Assembly: GCA_035416745.1 (NCBI GenBank)
Contig: DAOLNV010000004.1
Location: forward strand, 2,138 to 66,137
Direction: 5' to 3'
DNA length: 64,000 nucleotides
DNA from: Candidatus Hydrogenedentota bacterium
GTDB taxonomy: Bacteria; Hydrogenedentota; Hydrogenedentia; Hydrogenedentales; SLHB01
Under the pieces are notes generated by a model that was given only the letters and a program-made list of their open reading frames with translations, was not told where the DNA came from and searched no databases. Position 1 is the first letter of the stretch; every line of letters starts with the position of its first letter. Both the position numbers and the translations under genes were made by a program. Shown one piece after another: positions 1-10,300 of this stretch.

Positions 1-154
1 GTACCTGGTTGATGGCCCCGCGCTGCTGTTCAAGCAAGCTGATGCGAGACTGCATGCGGAGGACCGGCTGCCGTTCAAGCTGTATGAGCTGGGAGATGAT
101 CTCCTCGGTGTTCAGGCCGGTGATAAGCCCGCCCGCCGTAAACGTTCCGGACAT
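1..154 (-). CDS. fliD: Flagellar filament cap protein FliD-like, N-terminal fragment running off the window edge
   Basis: Reverse strand reads GGAGGA-7nt-ATG (ATG at 154), then MSGTFTAGGLITGLNTEEIISQLIQLERQPVLRMQSRISLLEQQRGAINQV. The pattern GL.TG.dt..II.QLm..ER.P is the typical FliD N-terminus. Not in the ORF track because it is truncated by the edge. Confidence 0.5.
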   Translation of the reverse strand, partial: MSGTFTAGGLITGLNTEEIISQLIQLERQPVLRMQSRISLLEQQRGAINQV

Positions 155-449
155 GGGCCATTCCTCCTGGGATATCCCAAATGTGGTGAATTCAAGGGCG
201 TCGCATAGCCGCCACTTCATCCGGTATATCGACAATCCGCAGAGCGGACTTTAGCACATTTGCCTGACGAGCCCCGCAAATCCCGCATTTTCGCCGACTT
301 TGATACACAAATTATGTAAACACACTGGGTTAGGTTCCGAATACAGCAACTGCACATTCCCCCGGCTTCCGTGACAAGACCAAGCCAAGCCGCACAATGC
401 AGGCCCGCCCTTTCGACGGGTGGTCCGCCTGTAGAGATACTGGCGCCGA

Positions 450-1658
450 TTACTGTTGGACCAGGCTCGAGAGCTGCAGGATGGGCATGAACAAGGCTAC
501 TACGATGCCGCCCACCACGAGGCCCATCGCGAGGATCAGGATGGGCTCGATCATGCTCGTCAGAGCATCCACCGCGGCGCGAACCTCGGAATCGTAGAAA
601 TCCGACACCTTCTGGAGCATCTGCTCGAGGGCGCCGGTCTTTTCGCCGACGCCGATCATGCGGGTAACCATGGCGGGGAACTGGCCGCTCCGCGCGAGGG
701 GGTCGGCCAGGGTCTCGCCGTTACGTACGCAGTCAGCGGCGTTGCTGATGGCCCGTGCAAAGACTTCGTTGCCGGCGGTTCTCTCGACGATCTCCATGGC
801 GCCCAGAATGTTGACGCCGCTTCGGGTCAGGGTGCTGAGGGTCCGGGCAAACCGGCTGATGGCGACCTTTCTGAGGAGTTTTCCAAAGATGGGAATGCGC
901 AGTTTGATCGCATCGAGGTGCAAGCGGCCGGCCGAAGTCGAGCCGTACATCCGGATGCCCAGGACCAACCCGATAATACTGGCGACGATGAGCGGCGCCC
1001 CGTACCATTGTTTGAGGAAGGTGCTGGCCGCGATGAGAATCCGCGTCGGGGCGGGAAGCTGCCGGCCAAACCCTTCGAAAATCGCCGCAAACTGCGGCAC
1101 TACGAATATGACCAAGCCCGCGGCGATAATGAGAATCATGCTCAACGCTACGACGGGATAGGTCATGGCCGAACGGATGCGGCGTTTCAGCTCTTCCATG
1201 GACTCGAGGTACTCCGCCAATTGCATCAGTACGCCGTCGAGATTGCCGCTGGCCTCGCCCGCGCGGATCATGCTGACAAACAGGTCCGAATAGATGCGGG
1301 GGTGTTTACGCAACGCATCCGAGAATGTCTCTCCCGCCTCGACGTCGTCAGCGATGCCCTGGATAACCGCTCCGTAACGCGGGTCTTCGGTCTGCTCGGC
1401 GAGAATATCGAGACCCTGGAGAAGAGGGAGGCCGGCGTTCACGATTGTGGACAATTGCCGCGTGAATACAAGCAGCTCGGCGGTCTTGACCTTCGGATCT
1501 CGATGGGCTTTCTTCCCTGCTCCGACCGCATCCACTCGTTCCGGCACCATACCCTTGCCTTGGAGCGTCCGAATGACTACTTGTCGGTTCTCGGCCGTCA
1601 TCTTGCCGGTCTCGCGCTTCCCCTCTCGAGAGCGCGCGACATACGTGAAGTTCGGCAT
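450..1658 (-). CDS. Type II secretion / type IV pilus platform protein, GspF/PilC family
   Basis: 402 aa with two T2SS-F-like repeats and three hydrophobic segments. The N-terminus MPNFTYVARSREGKRETGKMTAENRQVVIRTLQGKGMVP is typical of PilC. Confidence 0.85.
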   Translation of the reverse strand: MPNFTYVARSREGKRETGKMTAENRQVVIRTLQGKGMVPERVDAVGAGKKAHRDPKVKTAELLVFTRQLSTIVNAGLPLLQGLDILAEQTEDPRYGAVIQGIADDVEAGETFSDALRKHPRIYSDLFVSMIRAGEASGNLDGVLMQLAEYLESMEELKRRIRSAMTYPVVALSMILIIAAGLVIFVVPQFAAIFEGFGRQLPAPTRILIAASTFLKQWYGAPLIVASIIGLVLGIRMYGSTSAGRLHLDAIKLRIPIFGKLLRKVAISRFARTLSTLTRSGVNILGAMEIVERTAGNEVFARAISNAADCVRNGETLADPLARSGQFPAMVTRMIGVGEKTGALEQMLQKVSDFYDSEVRAAVDALTSMIEPILILAMGLVVGGIVVALFMPILQLSSLVQQ

Positions 1659-2123
1659 AATGAAATTCCTCCCCGTTCATCCGGGTCTTAGTATACCACC
1701 ACAACATCCTGTGGTCGAGACCTAATTTAACCCCTTCGCTTGCGGATGCCGCCCATGCACCCCGCCAGACGGCGCGACGCATTGTTGCCGGAGCTGCATC
1801 CCCGTCGGGGTGGTTTCCCGCCTTTCATAATACCACTATTGCGTTGTCCTTGCGATATGGCTTCACAAACAGGGTCCTCTCTCGGCAAACAGGGGCAGGC
1901 CTGCTTCCGTAAGGAAGCAAGCCCGCACGCAGCGCCACGATATCCGCTGTGCGCTTTGCGAGACGTGCAAGTTGCAGGCCACTTTCGCTGACCGGGTATC
2001 TTGGAGCATTCACGAGCGCAAACCCTTTTGTTTCCAAGGTCTTTGCCGTGTTCCCCTCCTTGGTTTGTGGCGGCGCCAGAGGGCTGGTTCCCGGCAGTTC
2101 TTCGTCATTTCGTTGAGACATCG

Positions 2124-3122
2124 TCACCGGCCAGAGGGCTTTGCGGGGAAGAATGCGCGCAAGAACTTGGCTTTTGTTCCGTCGTAGACGGCTTCGGCGA
2201 GATGCTCGATGCCCTGTTGGTTTCCCCAAGAGTACAAGATCACGGTTTTGCCCTCGAACTCGCAGCAATCGAAGTCGGAATTGTTGATGTTCGTGGCCGT
2301 CCTGATGCGTTCGCGCTGGTCCTCGGAAAGAGCCTGGTTCGCGACCTTGCGGTCGTCATCCGAGTGTTTCAGAACAGGATTGAACGGGCTGGGTTCCCAA
2401 TGGATGAGGTCCTTGCTGCGCACGAGGGCCTCGGCATAATAGCCCGGGTAGCTCTCGAGATAGAACATATAAAAAAAGCCGTCAAGATAGGCGAGCGATG
2501 GGCATGCGGAGTAGCGTTCCTTGGTGTAGACGCACTCGGACGGGGTCAATCGCCAGTCGCGGAGATTATCGGATTCAAGGAACCGCATCGTGAATGGCTG
2601 GCCGGCTTCTTGAGGCGGGGCGCCAATCTCCAAAGCCATGACGTAGCGGTTGTCTGCCTTGCAGACGCTGTTGTTAAACAGTTCCCAGCCGCTAAGCTGG
2701 ATTCCGGGTTGCGTATCCCATGTTTCAAGATCTTCTGACCAATAGACCTGGACGCATTCGCCGCCCCATTTGTCGACGCCGAACACGTACATCGTGCCGT
2801 CGTTTACGAACGCGCTGCCGAGATGGTGGTCCCAAGCAAAAGGCGAGGTCGGTTTCCCACCGGCCACATCCATGAATCGGAAGTAGGCGCGTCCCGTGGT
2901 ATTGGGCTTGTAATACGAGTCGCGGACGTACTCGAACCGATAGAGTCTGCCGTGGAACACGACCGGCGTAGTTTCGACCATATCGCAATCAATGGTGCCC
3001 AGCTTCGTGATGCGGGGCGGCGCAGGTTTCGGGTCTTCACTGTTCTGTGCCGAGATGCATGGAGATGCCAGCGCCAACGCCAGGAGCACCGCAACAATAC
3101 AACTCGTTTTCATGTCTTCCAC
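2124..3122 (-). CDS. Secreted beta-propeller glycoside-hydrolase-like protein (GH32/43/130-like fold); function uncertain
   Basis: Signal peptide MKTSCIVAVLLALALASPCISAQ. Contains S-x-D-L-x-x-W-type blade motifs (WSEDLETWD, RSKDLIHWEP). Lies 27 bp downstream of the sulfatase gene on the same strand. Confidence 0.45.
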   Translation of the reverse strand: MEDMKTSCIVAVLLALALASPCISAQNSEDPKPAPPRITKLGTIDCDMVETTPVVFHGRLYRFEYVRDSYYKPNTTGRAYFRFMDVAGGKPTSPFAWDHHLGSAFVNDGTMYVFGVDKWGGECVQVYWSEDLETWDTQPGIQLSGWELFNNSVCKADNRYVMALEIGAPPQEAGQPFTMRFLESDNLRDWRLTPSECVYTKERYSACPSLAYLDGFFYMFYLESYPGYYAEALVRSKDLIHWEPSPFNPVLKHSDDDRKVANQALSEDQRERIRTATNINNSDFDCCEFEGKTVILYSWGNQQGIEHLAEAVYDGTKAKFLRAFFPAKPSGR

Positions 3123-3149
3123 TCCCTGAAGCCAATAGGAAATTGCCTG

Positions 3150-4697
3150 TCACTCCGGTGTATAGCCATCGGGAAGCGCGCCGCGCCACCCTTCCGCTAA
3201 CAGCGCATGCAACCCTTGCGCGGTCCCGGCGTATTCGGGGACTTCGGCAAGATTCCGGGTTTCCAGAGGGTCTTCGTCGTAGTCGTACAGTTCCCGGACG
3301 CGGAAACCGTCGTCAGCAGGAATGCGCCATTCCGTATACCGGTACCGTTCCGTGCGCAGGGAATACCCCATGCCGTCACCGTGCCCGGGGATGTTCCGCG
3401 GGTATTGGCTGAAGGCGGCCTTCTTCCAGGAACGGTCCGGGGCGCGCAACACGGGCACGAGGCTCACGCCCTCCAATCCGGGCGGGGGCGTGACCCCGCA
3501 CAAATCGCAAAGCGTTGGGTAGATGTCGACGAATTCGGCCAGCCGGGGCGATCGTGCGCCCGCTTTGGGCAGGCCGGGGGCGCTGAACAGCAAAGGAGCG
3601 CGCGCCGCCTGTTCGAAATTGGTGTGTTTACACCATTGGCCGTGATCGCCGAGGTGCCAGCCGTGATCGCCCCACAAGACAATGACCGTGTTGCCGCGGA
3701 TGCCGAGCCGGTCGAGCTCGTCGACGACACGGCCAATTTGGGCGTCCGTATAGCTCGCGGCGGCGTAGTAGGCATGGATGAGTTCCAGGGTCTTCTCATC
3801 GGAAAGAGGCTCGTTTCCGTCCGGGATATCGGAGTAATGCCGCAGTTCGCCCCATGTGGTGAGTGCGAAGGGCGGGGCGTCCTGAGGCGCTTTGCGATAT
3901 TGAGGCAGCGTGAACGAACCTTTGTCATATGCGTCGAAATAGCGTTTCGGAGCGACGAACGGCAAGTGGGGTTTGAAGAACCCTGCCGCGAGAAAGAACG
4001 GCCGGTCCTTCAATTGGCGCATGGCCGCGATCGCGGCGGCGGCTACCTGCCCGTCGCGCAGCTCATCATCGGCGCAATCCGGCGCTTCCCACGACGGCCC
4101 GCGGGGAGGGTTGACCGGCTTGATTCTCAGGGGGATGCCCGTCTTTTCGTCGCGCTCCTGCACAATCGTTCTTGAATCTCCGTGTTCTTTTCGGATGTCT
4201 TCAATGATCTTCTTGGATTCCTCCGTCAGATATTGGGGTCCCTCCGGAAAGAAAGATTTGACGCTCCACGACGCCGGATCGTCCAGCCCGCCATGATAGA
4301 TCTTGCCGAAGGATTGCGTGTGATAGCCCTCTTGCCTGAAACACTGCGGCAAGGTGATCACGTCGGGGATGGTCTTGCGAAAATGGGTATTAAGGTCATA
4401 AACGCGAGTGGTGTCCGGGCGCAGTCCGGTGAGGAGCGAGGTACGCGAGGGGCTGCATACTGCCTGCTGGCAATACGCGCGGAGGAAAGTGACGCCGGAT
4501 GCTGCCAGCTTGTCGATGTTGGGCGTGATGGCGATTGGGTCGCCGTAACAGCCGAGATTGGGTTTCAAGTCATCCACCGCGAGAAACAGCACGTTCAAGC
4601 GGCGATTCTCTTTTTCAGCCGCGCGCGCGGCCGAGCTGGCGGGCAAGGCCAGCGCCGCCGTTGCTGCGAGGAAACTACGTCGCGAAATACAACGCAT
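3150..4697 (-). CDS. Sulfatase (iduronate-2-sulfatase-like) with Tat-type signal
   Basis: C-x-P-x-R sulfatase signature in QQAVCSPSRTSLLTGLRPD, within NVLFLAVDDLKPNLGCYGD context. Start trimmed from the 4955 ORF to the ATG at 4697 (MRCISRRSFLAATAALALPASSAARA). The trim removes a low-complexity extension and the overlap with the methyltransferase gene. Confidence 0.85.
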   Translation of the reverse strand: MRCISRRSFLAATAALALPASSAARAAEKENRRLNVLFLAVDDLKPNLGCYGDPIAITPNIDKLAASGVTFLRAYCQQAVCSPSRTSLLTGLRPDTTRVYDLNTHFRKTIPDVITLPQCFRQEGYHTQSFGKIYHGGLDDPASWSVKSFFPEGPQYLTEESKKIIEDIRKEHGDSRTIVQERDEKTGIPLRIKPVNPPRGPSWEAPDCADDELRDGQVAAAAIAAMRQLKDRPFFLAAGFFKPHLPFVAPKRYFDAYDKGSFTLPQYRKAPQDAPPFALTTWGELRHYSDIPDGNEPLSDEKTLELIHAYYAAASYTDAQIGRVVDELDRLGIRGNTVIVLWGDHGWHLGDHGQWCKHTNFEQAARAPLLFSAPGLPKAGARSPRLAEFVDIYPTLCDLCGVTPPPGLEGVSLVPVLRAPDRSWKKAAFSQYPRNIPGHGDGMGYSLRTERYRYTEWRIPADDGFRVRELYDYDEDPLETRNLAEVPEYAGTAQGLHALLAEGWRGALPDGYTPE

Positions 4698-4837
4698 GGT
4701 CTGCGCCTCCCCCGGGCCCCGAAGACTCCGGCGCCTTGTGCGTGGGTATGGTAGCAGGATTGGGGTTCCGCAAGGAATGGCTTGCGAACACCCACAAACA
4801 CGGTCCGGCAAGGGCGTGGGCAAGGCATAGGTTGGCG

Positions 4838-5500
4838 CTATTCGGTTGGTTTTCGGGCCCAGCCCGCGATGTGGGGAGAGACGGGCAGTGCCCATGCTAC
4901 TCGAAAGTGCTCGTACCTCAGGTGCGTGAACCCCGCCGTCTCGAGCGTGCGCCACAATTCCCGGTCAAGCCGGCAGCCGTCACCGGCATACAGCCACGTA
5001 AACCGCAGCACCCGCTGCAAGAGGCGAAGAATAGTCGCACGCGGAGCGGCAACGTGTTCCAGAAAGACAAACAGCCCCCCGGGTTTCAGGACGCGCAGAA
5101 TCTCCCCGAGCGCGGCTTCGGGGTCATCCACGGAACACAAGACGTGGGTGCAGACGACCGCGTCGACGGAATTGTCGCGCAGGCAGAGCGATTCGGCCCT
5201 CCCGTTAAGCATGTGCATGATTCTGCCGGACTTGTGGGACTCTTCGCGAAGGTAGCGGAACATGAAACGGTTGGGTTCAATGCCCAACAGGGTGGTTCGC
5301 TCGGGATAGAGAGGGAGGTTGGCGCCGGCGCCCGGGCCAATCTCGAGAACCCGGCCGGATAGCTTTCCGAACAAGGAACGCTTGCGCTCGGGTGACATGT
5401 CCCGCATCAGCCGGTTTCCGGCGTGAAGCAACCAGGCAAATGTTTTCTTAGCCCGTATTGATCGTTTACGGCTTTGTGAGCGGTCCAAGCTTGCCGGCAT
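4838..5500 (-). CDS. Class I SAM-dependent methyltransferase
   Basis: Motif I VLEIGPGAGANL, post-I acidic residue and LKPGGLFVFLEH motif. 220 aa. Its start is 3 nt downstream of the stop of the upstream epimerase gene. Confidence 0.75.
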   Translation of the reverse strand: MPASLDRSQSRKRSIRAKKTFAWLLHAGNRLMRDMSPERKRSLFGKLSGRVLEIGPGAGANLPLYPERTTLLGIEPNRFMFRYLREESHKSGRIMHMLNGRAESLCLRDNSVDAVVCTHVLCSVDDPEAALGEILRVLKPGGLFVFLEHVAAPRATILRLLQRVLRFTWLYAGDGCRLDRELWRTLETAGFTHLRYEHFRVAWALPVSPHIAGWARKPTE

Positions 5501-5503
5501 CGT

Positions 5504-6406
5504 TCACATGCCTTCAAGAACGTGCCGCAGGGCTTCGTCAAGGTCGGGATGGTCGAAGGTGAACCCGGCTTCCTGGAGTTTCCGCGGAACGGCCCGTTGG
5601 CTGGCAAGAAGAAGGTCGTCGGCCATTTCTCCTAACAGCAGCCGGGCGGCAAACGCTGGGAAGGGCAAGACGGCCGGACGGTTAAGGGCGCGGCCCAGAC
5701 TTGCAACGAATTCACGGTTGCGGACCGGATTTGGGGAAACCACGTTCACCGGCCCGTCAAGCGAGGGGGTGTCCAGCGCATAGAGGATGGCGCGCACCGC
5801 GTCGTCTAGAGTGAGCCAGGCCATGTACTGAGTACCCGGACCAATGGGGCCGCCCAACCCTAGTCTGAAGGGCAGCAGCATCTTGGCAAGAGCGCTCCTC
5901 TTGCCGCCCAGGACTACGCCGAACCGGGTATTGAGCACGCGAATGCCCTTGTTGCGGGCAGGATGAGAGGCTTCTTCCCATTGGCGGCAAACCTCAGCGA
6001 GAAAGGTCTCGCCGCAGGGCTCGTCTTCGTCCAGCTTTCGGTCGCCGCAATTGCCGTAGTAGCCGGTGGCTGATGCGCACACCCAGGTCTTGGGCGGGGT
6101 ATCGAGTTCACTGAACGTTCTACACAGCAGCTTGGTGGTGCAGGTACGGCTTTCGATGATCTCCCCTTTCTTGCGCTCGGTCCAGCGGCCTGAACCAACA
6201 TTCTCGCCGGAAAGGTGAACGGCTGCGTCAAGATCCTCGAGTTTTCCGCGTTCGATATAGCCCGGGCCAGGATCCCAGAGGATTTCGCCCGGTTCCGAAC
6301 TCCACTCCTTCCGTACAAGCCGGGTGACGGCGTCGCCCCGTTCTTTCAAGGCCTTAGACAAGGCGGAACCAATAAGCCCGGAAGCGCCGCTGAGTAACAC
6401 TTTCAT
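5504..6406 (-). CDS. TIGR01777/YfcH-type NAD-dependent epimerase family protein (SDR with C-terminal DUF1731)
   Basis: N-terminal Rossmann motif MKVLLSGASGLIGSAL. Length is 300 aa and the C-terminal GFTFDHPDLDEAL tail is typical of the family. Confidence 0.75.
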   Translation of the reverse strand: MKVLLSGASGLIGSALSKALKERGDAVTRLVRKEWSSEPGEILWDPGPGYIERGKLEDLDAAVHLSGENVGSGRWTERKKGEIIESRTCTTKLLCRTFSELDTPPKTWVCASATGYYGNCGDRKLDEDEPCGETFLAEVCRQWEEASHPARNKGIRVLNTRFGVVLGGKRSALAKMLLPFRLGLGGPIGPGTQYMAWLTLDDAVRAILYALDTPSLDGPVNVVSPNPVRNREFVASLGRALNRPAVLPFPAFAARLLLGEMADDLLLASQRAVPRKLQEAGFTFDHPDLDEALRHVLEGM

Positions 6407-6745
6407 GACCGCCCCATCCTCAAATTATCCCAAAACGTTGGCCTGCGGCGCCGGGCATGACCGAAACTTCACCGGAGCGTGCCGCCGTGAACCTTCTACC
6501 TTGCCCTCGCCGGTTCGCACGTTTCACCCTCCCGTTTCCGTAAACCACCCGATACGCCAGCACCGATAGAACCAATCCTACGGCATCACGCCCTCTGATG
6601 CAATTCTCGCCGATTCTCCCAGCCCCGACGGAAACAAGCGCTCGAATGCGGCCTCCAGCCTCGTGCCCAACGAACACAGCCGCTTTGCTTGACATCTAAC
6701 AGTTCTATGGTGTACAATCCCTCCGGCGTGGAAAGGAGGTTTGGG

Positions 6746-7252
6746 ATGACGTTGCAGAAGGAACTCGATCTCGACCTGCCGTTCGAGGACTTCCGGCACG
6801 AAGCCATGCTTGGGATTGTGCGCACAGCCACCCTGGCGGCGGTCCTGGCTGGAAAGATGTTGCGGCGGTTCGACCTTACCGAAGCGCAGTTCAATGTACT
6901 GTTTGCGCTGAGATACAAGACCCGCGCGCTCACCCAGGTGGAATTGGGGCGGCGGCTGGTTGTCACACGCGCAACGGTGACCTCGGTGCTTGACAAGCTC
7001 GAATCGAAGGGGTACGTCGAGCGGCAAAACGTGCCGGACAACCGGCGAAGCTATCACGTGGAATTGACCGAGGCGGGGCGCGCGCTGGTGGACCAGGTCG
7101 AGCCGGTCTACCGGAACAGTATTCACTACGTCCTGGGCCATCTGGACGAAGACGATGTCAAGCATTTGATTCGCATACTGGACCCCGTGCGGGCGCGGAT
7201 GCGCGAGTTGGCGCGCACCGAAGACTCTCTTGAACCGGCGGCGAGTCGCTGA
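6746..7252 (+). CDS. MarR family transcriptional regulator
   Basis: Winged-helix block LTEAQFNVLFALRYKTRALTQVELGRRLVVTRATVTSVLDKLESKGYVERQ. Start moved to the ATG at 6746, preceded by AGGAGG. Confidence 0.85.
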   Translation: MTLQKELDLDLPFEDFRHEAMLGIVRTATLAAVLAGKMLRRFDLTEAQFNVLFALRYKTRALTQVELGRRLVVTRATVTSVLDKLESKGYVERQNVPDNRRSYHVELTEAGRALVDQVEPVYRNSIHYVLGHLDEDDVKHLIRILDPVRARMRELARTEDSLEPAASR

Positions 7253-7338
7253 CACGTCTGCAACGCTGACATTGATGGTGCAATTGGCTATTATGGCAGT
7301 TCATTTGGGAGCGTAGCCTGACTGAAGGAGAAGCGGTG

Positions 7339-10300
7339 ATGGCTATTGCAGCGCCGGCACATCCGGTTGCGGAAGAGCGATACGACGCCAAGGGATTCTG
7401 GGCGTTGATCGCGGTGATGTTCCAGGGAGCGTTCAACGACAATGCGTATAAATTCGTACTGATCTACTACCTTTGCGACAGGTATGCGGACCCAGCGGCG
7501 GGCAGACCGGCGACTTGGGTCACGACGGTCCTGACGGCCATGGGACTGCTCATGTTCGCGCTTCCATACCTCATGTTTCCGGGATTGGCCGGCGCCTTGG
7601 CCGACCGGTTCAGCAAACGCACCGTGACCATCGCCACAAAGTGGTGGGAAGTAGGCGTGATGGTGGTCGGTCTAATCGCTTTCTGGACCGACAGCGTAGC
7701 GTTCATGGCGGTCATGTTCTACATGATGAACATGCAGAGCGCATTCTTCAGCCCCGCAAAGTATGGGATCCTGCCGGAGATGCTCCCCGAGAGCCGCCTT
7801 TCGTGGGGCAACGGCATTCTCCAGATGGGGACATTCGTCGCGATTATCCTGGGCGTCGGCATTGTCGGGCCATTGATGGACTTGGGGTTGGGGGTGTATT
7901 GGCTTTCAGTGTTTCTGATCGGGATGTCGACCCTGGGACTGTTGGCGTCTTACCATGTAACGCGTGTGCCCGTGGCCTGCCCTGCCCAACGCATCCCGCT
8001 CAATCCCTGGTCGGGTCTGGGCAAGTATTTCAAGTGTTTCTGGGCTGATCATGTGCTGTTTCTGACCATGGTCGGCGGCGGATTCTTCTGGTTTATCGGC
8101 GGCCTGATGCAGAGCAACGTCGTCGTCCTGGGCGAAAGCGTGCTGGGATGGTCCCACCAGTACGCCGGTTACCTCCAGCTGTCGATCGCGCTTGGAATTG
8201 GCTTCGGCAGCGTGGCGGCAGGGTATTTCTCGCGCCGTAAGATTGAGTTTGGCCTGGTGCCGCTGGGCTTGACCGGCATGACGGTCTCGGCGGCGCTGCT
8301 GTACTTCCCCTGGACATCGTTCCCTGTGCTGACGGTACTGCTCTTCGCGCTCGGATGGTCCGGGGGCTTTTTCCAGGTTCCTCTGGCCGCGGGGTTGCAG
8401 CACCGCAGTCCGCGCGAGATGAAGGGCGGCATTATCGCGGCTTTCAACATCGTCACGTGCATCGGTATCTCGATTGCGGGACTGGTGCTGCTCATTCAGC
8501 CGATCTTCATGCCGTCCGGCAAGAATGTGAATCCCTACAACATCTTCATAGCGGGCGCGGCAATGACGTTCTTGATGGGGCTGTATCTGTGTTTCCGCCT
8601 TCCCGCCTTCATCTTGCGCACGGCGCTATGGCTCATGGGCAACACGATTTACCGGGTGGACACGCGCGGGCAGAAACAGATTCCGCTGAATGGGGGGGCG
8701 CTCATCGTGGCCAATCACACGTCGTTCGTGGACGCGCTGATTCTCACGGCCTCGATCGACCGGCCGGTGCGGTTCCTGATATCCCAGGAAATATACAAGG
8801 TGCCGTGGATTCGCCCGTTTGCGAAGATCATGCGGTCGATCCCGGTATCGCCGATGGCGCAACCGAAGGATTTGATACGCTCGTTGCACGAAGCGGCCGC
8901 CGCGATCAACAACGGCGAACTCGTCTGCGTGTTTGCGGAGGGCCAAATCACCCGGACCGGCAACCTGCTGCCGTTTCGGAAGGGGTTCGAGCGCATCATG
9001 AAGGGCATGAACGCGCCGATCATTCCCGCGCATCTGGATCGCTTGTGGGGGAGCATCTTCAGCTACTCAAAGGGCCGGTTCTTCTTGAAGCTCCCCAAGC
9101 ATATTCCCTACCGCGTGATGGTAACCTACGGCGAGCACATGAGCGCCGAGAGCACGGCTGTCCAGGTGCGAGAACGAATTCAGCGGCTGGGCACCGAGGC
9201 ATACCTCGACCGCAAGCTCCACGAGCCCCTGCTGCACCGGGGGTTTGTTCGTATGGCCCGGAAGCGGCCGCTTCATATGGCCATGGCGGACCATTCCATG
9301 GATACGCTGCCCTATTGGAAAGCGCTGGTGGCCGCGGTGACGCTCGCGCGCAAACTTCGCGAACTGACCGGCGAGCAGCCCATGGTGGGCGTCTTGCTGC
9401 CTCCGACGGTAGGGGCGGCGCTGACGAATATTGCGCTCACGCTCATGGGGAAGACCGTCGTAAACCTGAATTATACGGCTTCGGACGACGCGCTGGACAG
9501 CGCGGCCCGCCGCTGCAATCTCACGCATGTGATAACCGCCCACGCGTTTCTCAGCAAAGTGAGCTGCAAGGTGCCGGGCAAGGCGGTCTATCTCGAAGAT
9601 GTCCGCAAGTCGATGAACGGGAAAGACCAGCTTGTTGCGATGATCATGGCAGCGCTGTTTCCGTTGCGGGCCTTGGAGCGGAGACTGGGCGGGGCGAGGC
9701 GCCGGTCGCCGGACGACCTTGCAACAGTGATTTTCAGCAGCGGCAGCGAAGGCGAGCCCAAGGGCGTGATGCTCACGCATTTCAATATCGTGAGCAACAT
9801 CGAGGCGGCCCTGCAGGTCTTCCCCCATGAACGGGGCGACGGGATAATGGGCATGCTGCCGTTTTTCCACAGCTTTGGATACATGGCCACGCTGTGGTTG
9901 CCGCTCGCACAAGGGTTCCGGGTGGTGTTTCACCCCAATCCGCTCGAAGCGAAGGTAATCGGACAGCAGATTTATAAACACAAGCTGGACTTCCTGGTTG
10001 CGGCGCCGACGTTTCTGCAGGCGTTCGTAAGGCGCTGCCTGCCGGAAGAACTGGGCTGTCTGCGATACGTCATTACCGGCGCGGAGAAACTTCCCGCGCG
10101 GGTGCGCGAGGCCTTCGAGAGCAAGTTCGGTATCACGCCGCTCGAAGGATACGGCACCACGGAATGCGGGCCAGGAGTGTCTTTCAACGTGGTCGATTTC
10201 CGGGCCCCCGGGTTCTTTCAGGTGGGTACCAAGCACGGCACGGTCGGCCATCCCCTTCCGGGAGTCAGCGTCAAGATCATCGACCCGGATACGGGCGAAG

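Noticed and set aside
456-1691. 411-aa plus-strand ORF antisense to the PilC/GspF gene. Similar long antisense ORFs occur at 9067-10887, 15520-17154, 20414-21769, 21697-22893, 22925-24166, 34190-34996, 35156-36595, 37769-38626, 41484-42608, 50348-52216, 55304-56665, 57895-59814 and 62637-63920.
   Set aside because: These are typical stop-poor shadow frames of GC-rich DNA. Their translations are Arg/Gly/Ala/Pro/His-rich low-complexity strings without motifs. Each lies opposite a gene with clear family signatures.
1740-2268. ORFs in the 465-bp gap between the PilC gene and the propeller gene (1740-1991 plus, 1825-2268 minus)
   Set aside because: They have no SD and no motifs, are Arg/Pro-rich, and one overlaps the neighbouring CDS. 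I treat the gap as intergenic.
4698-4955. 86-codon N-terminal extension of the sulfatase ORF
   Set aside because: The extension is low-complexity, overlaps the methyltransferase gene, and precedes a perfect Tat-type signal that begins at the internal ATG 4697.
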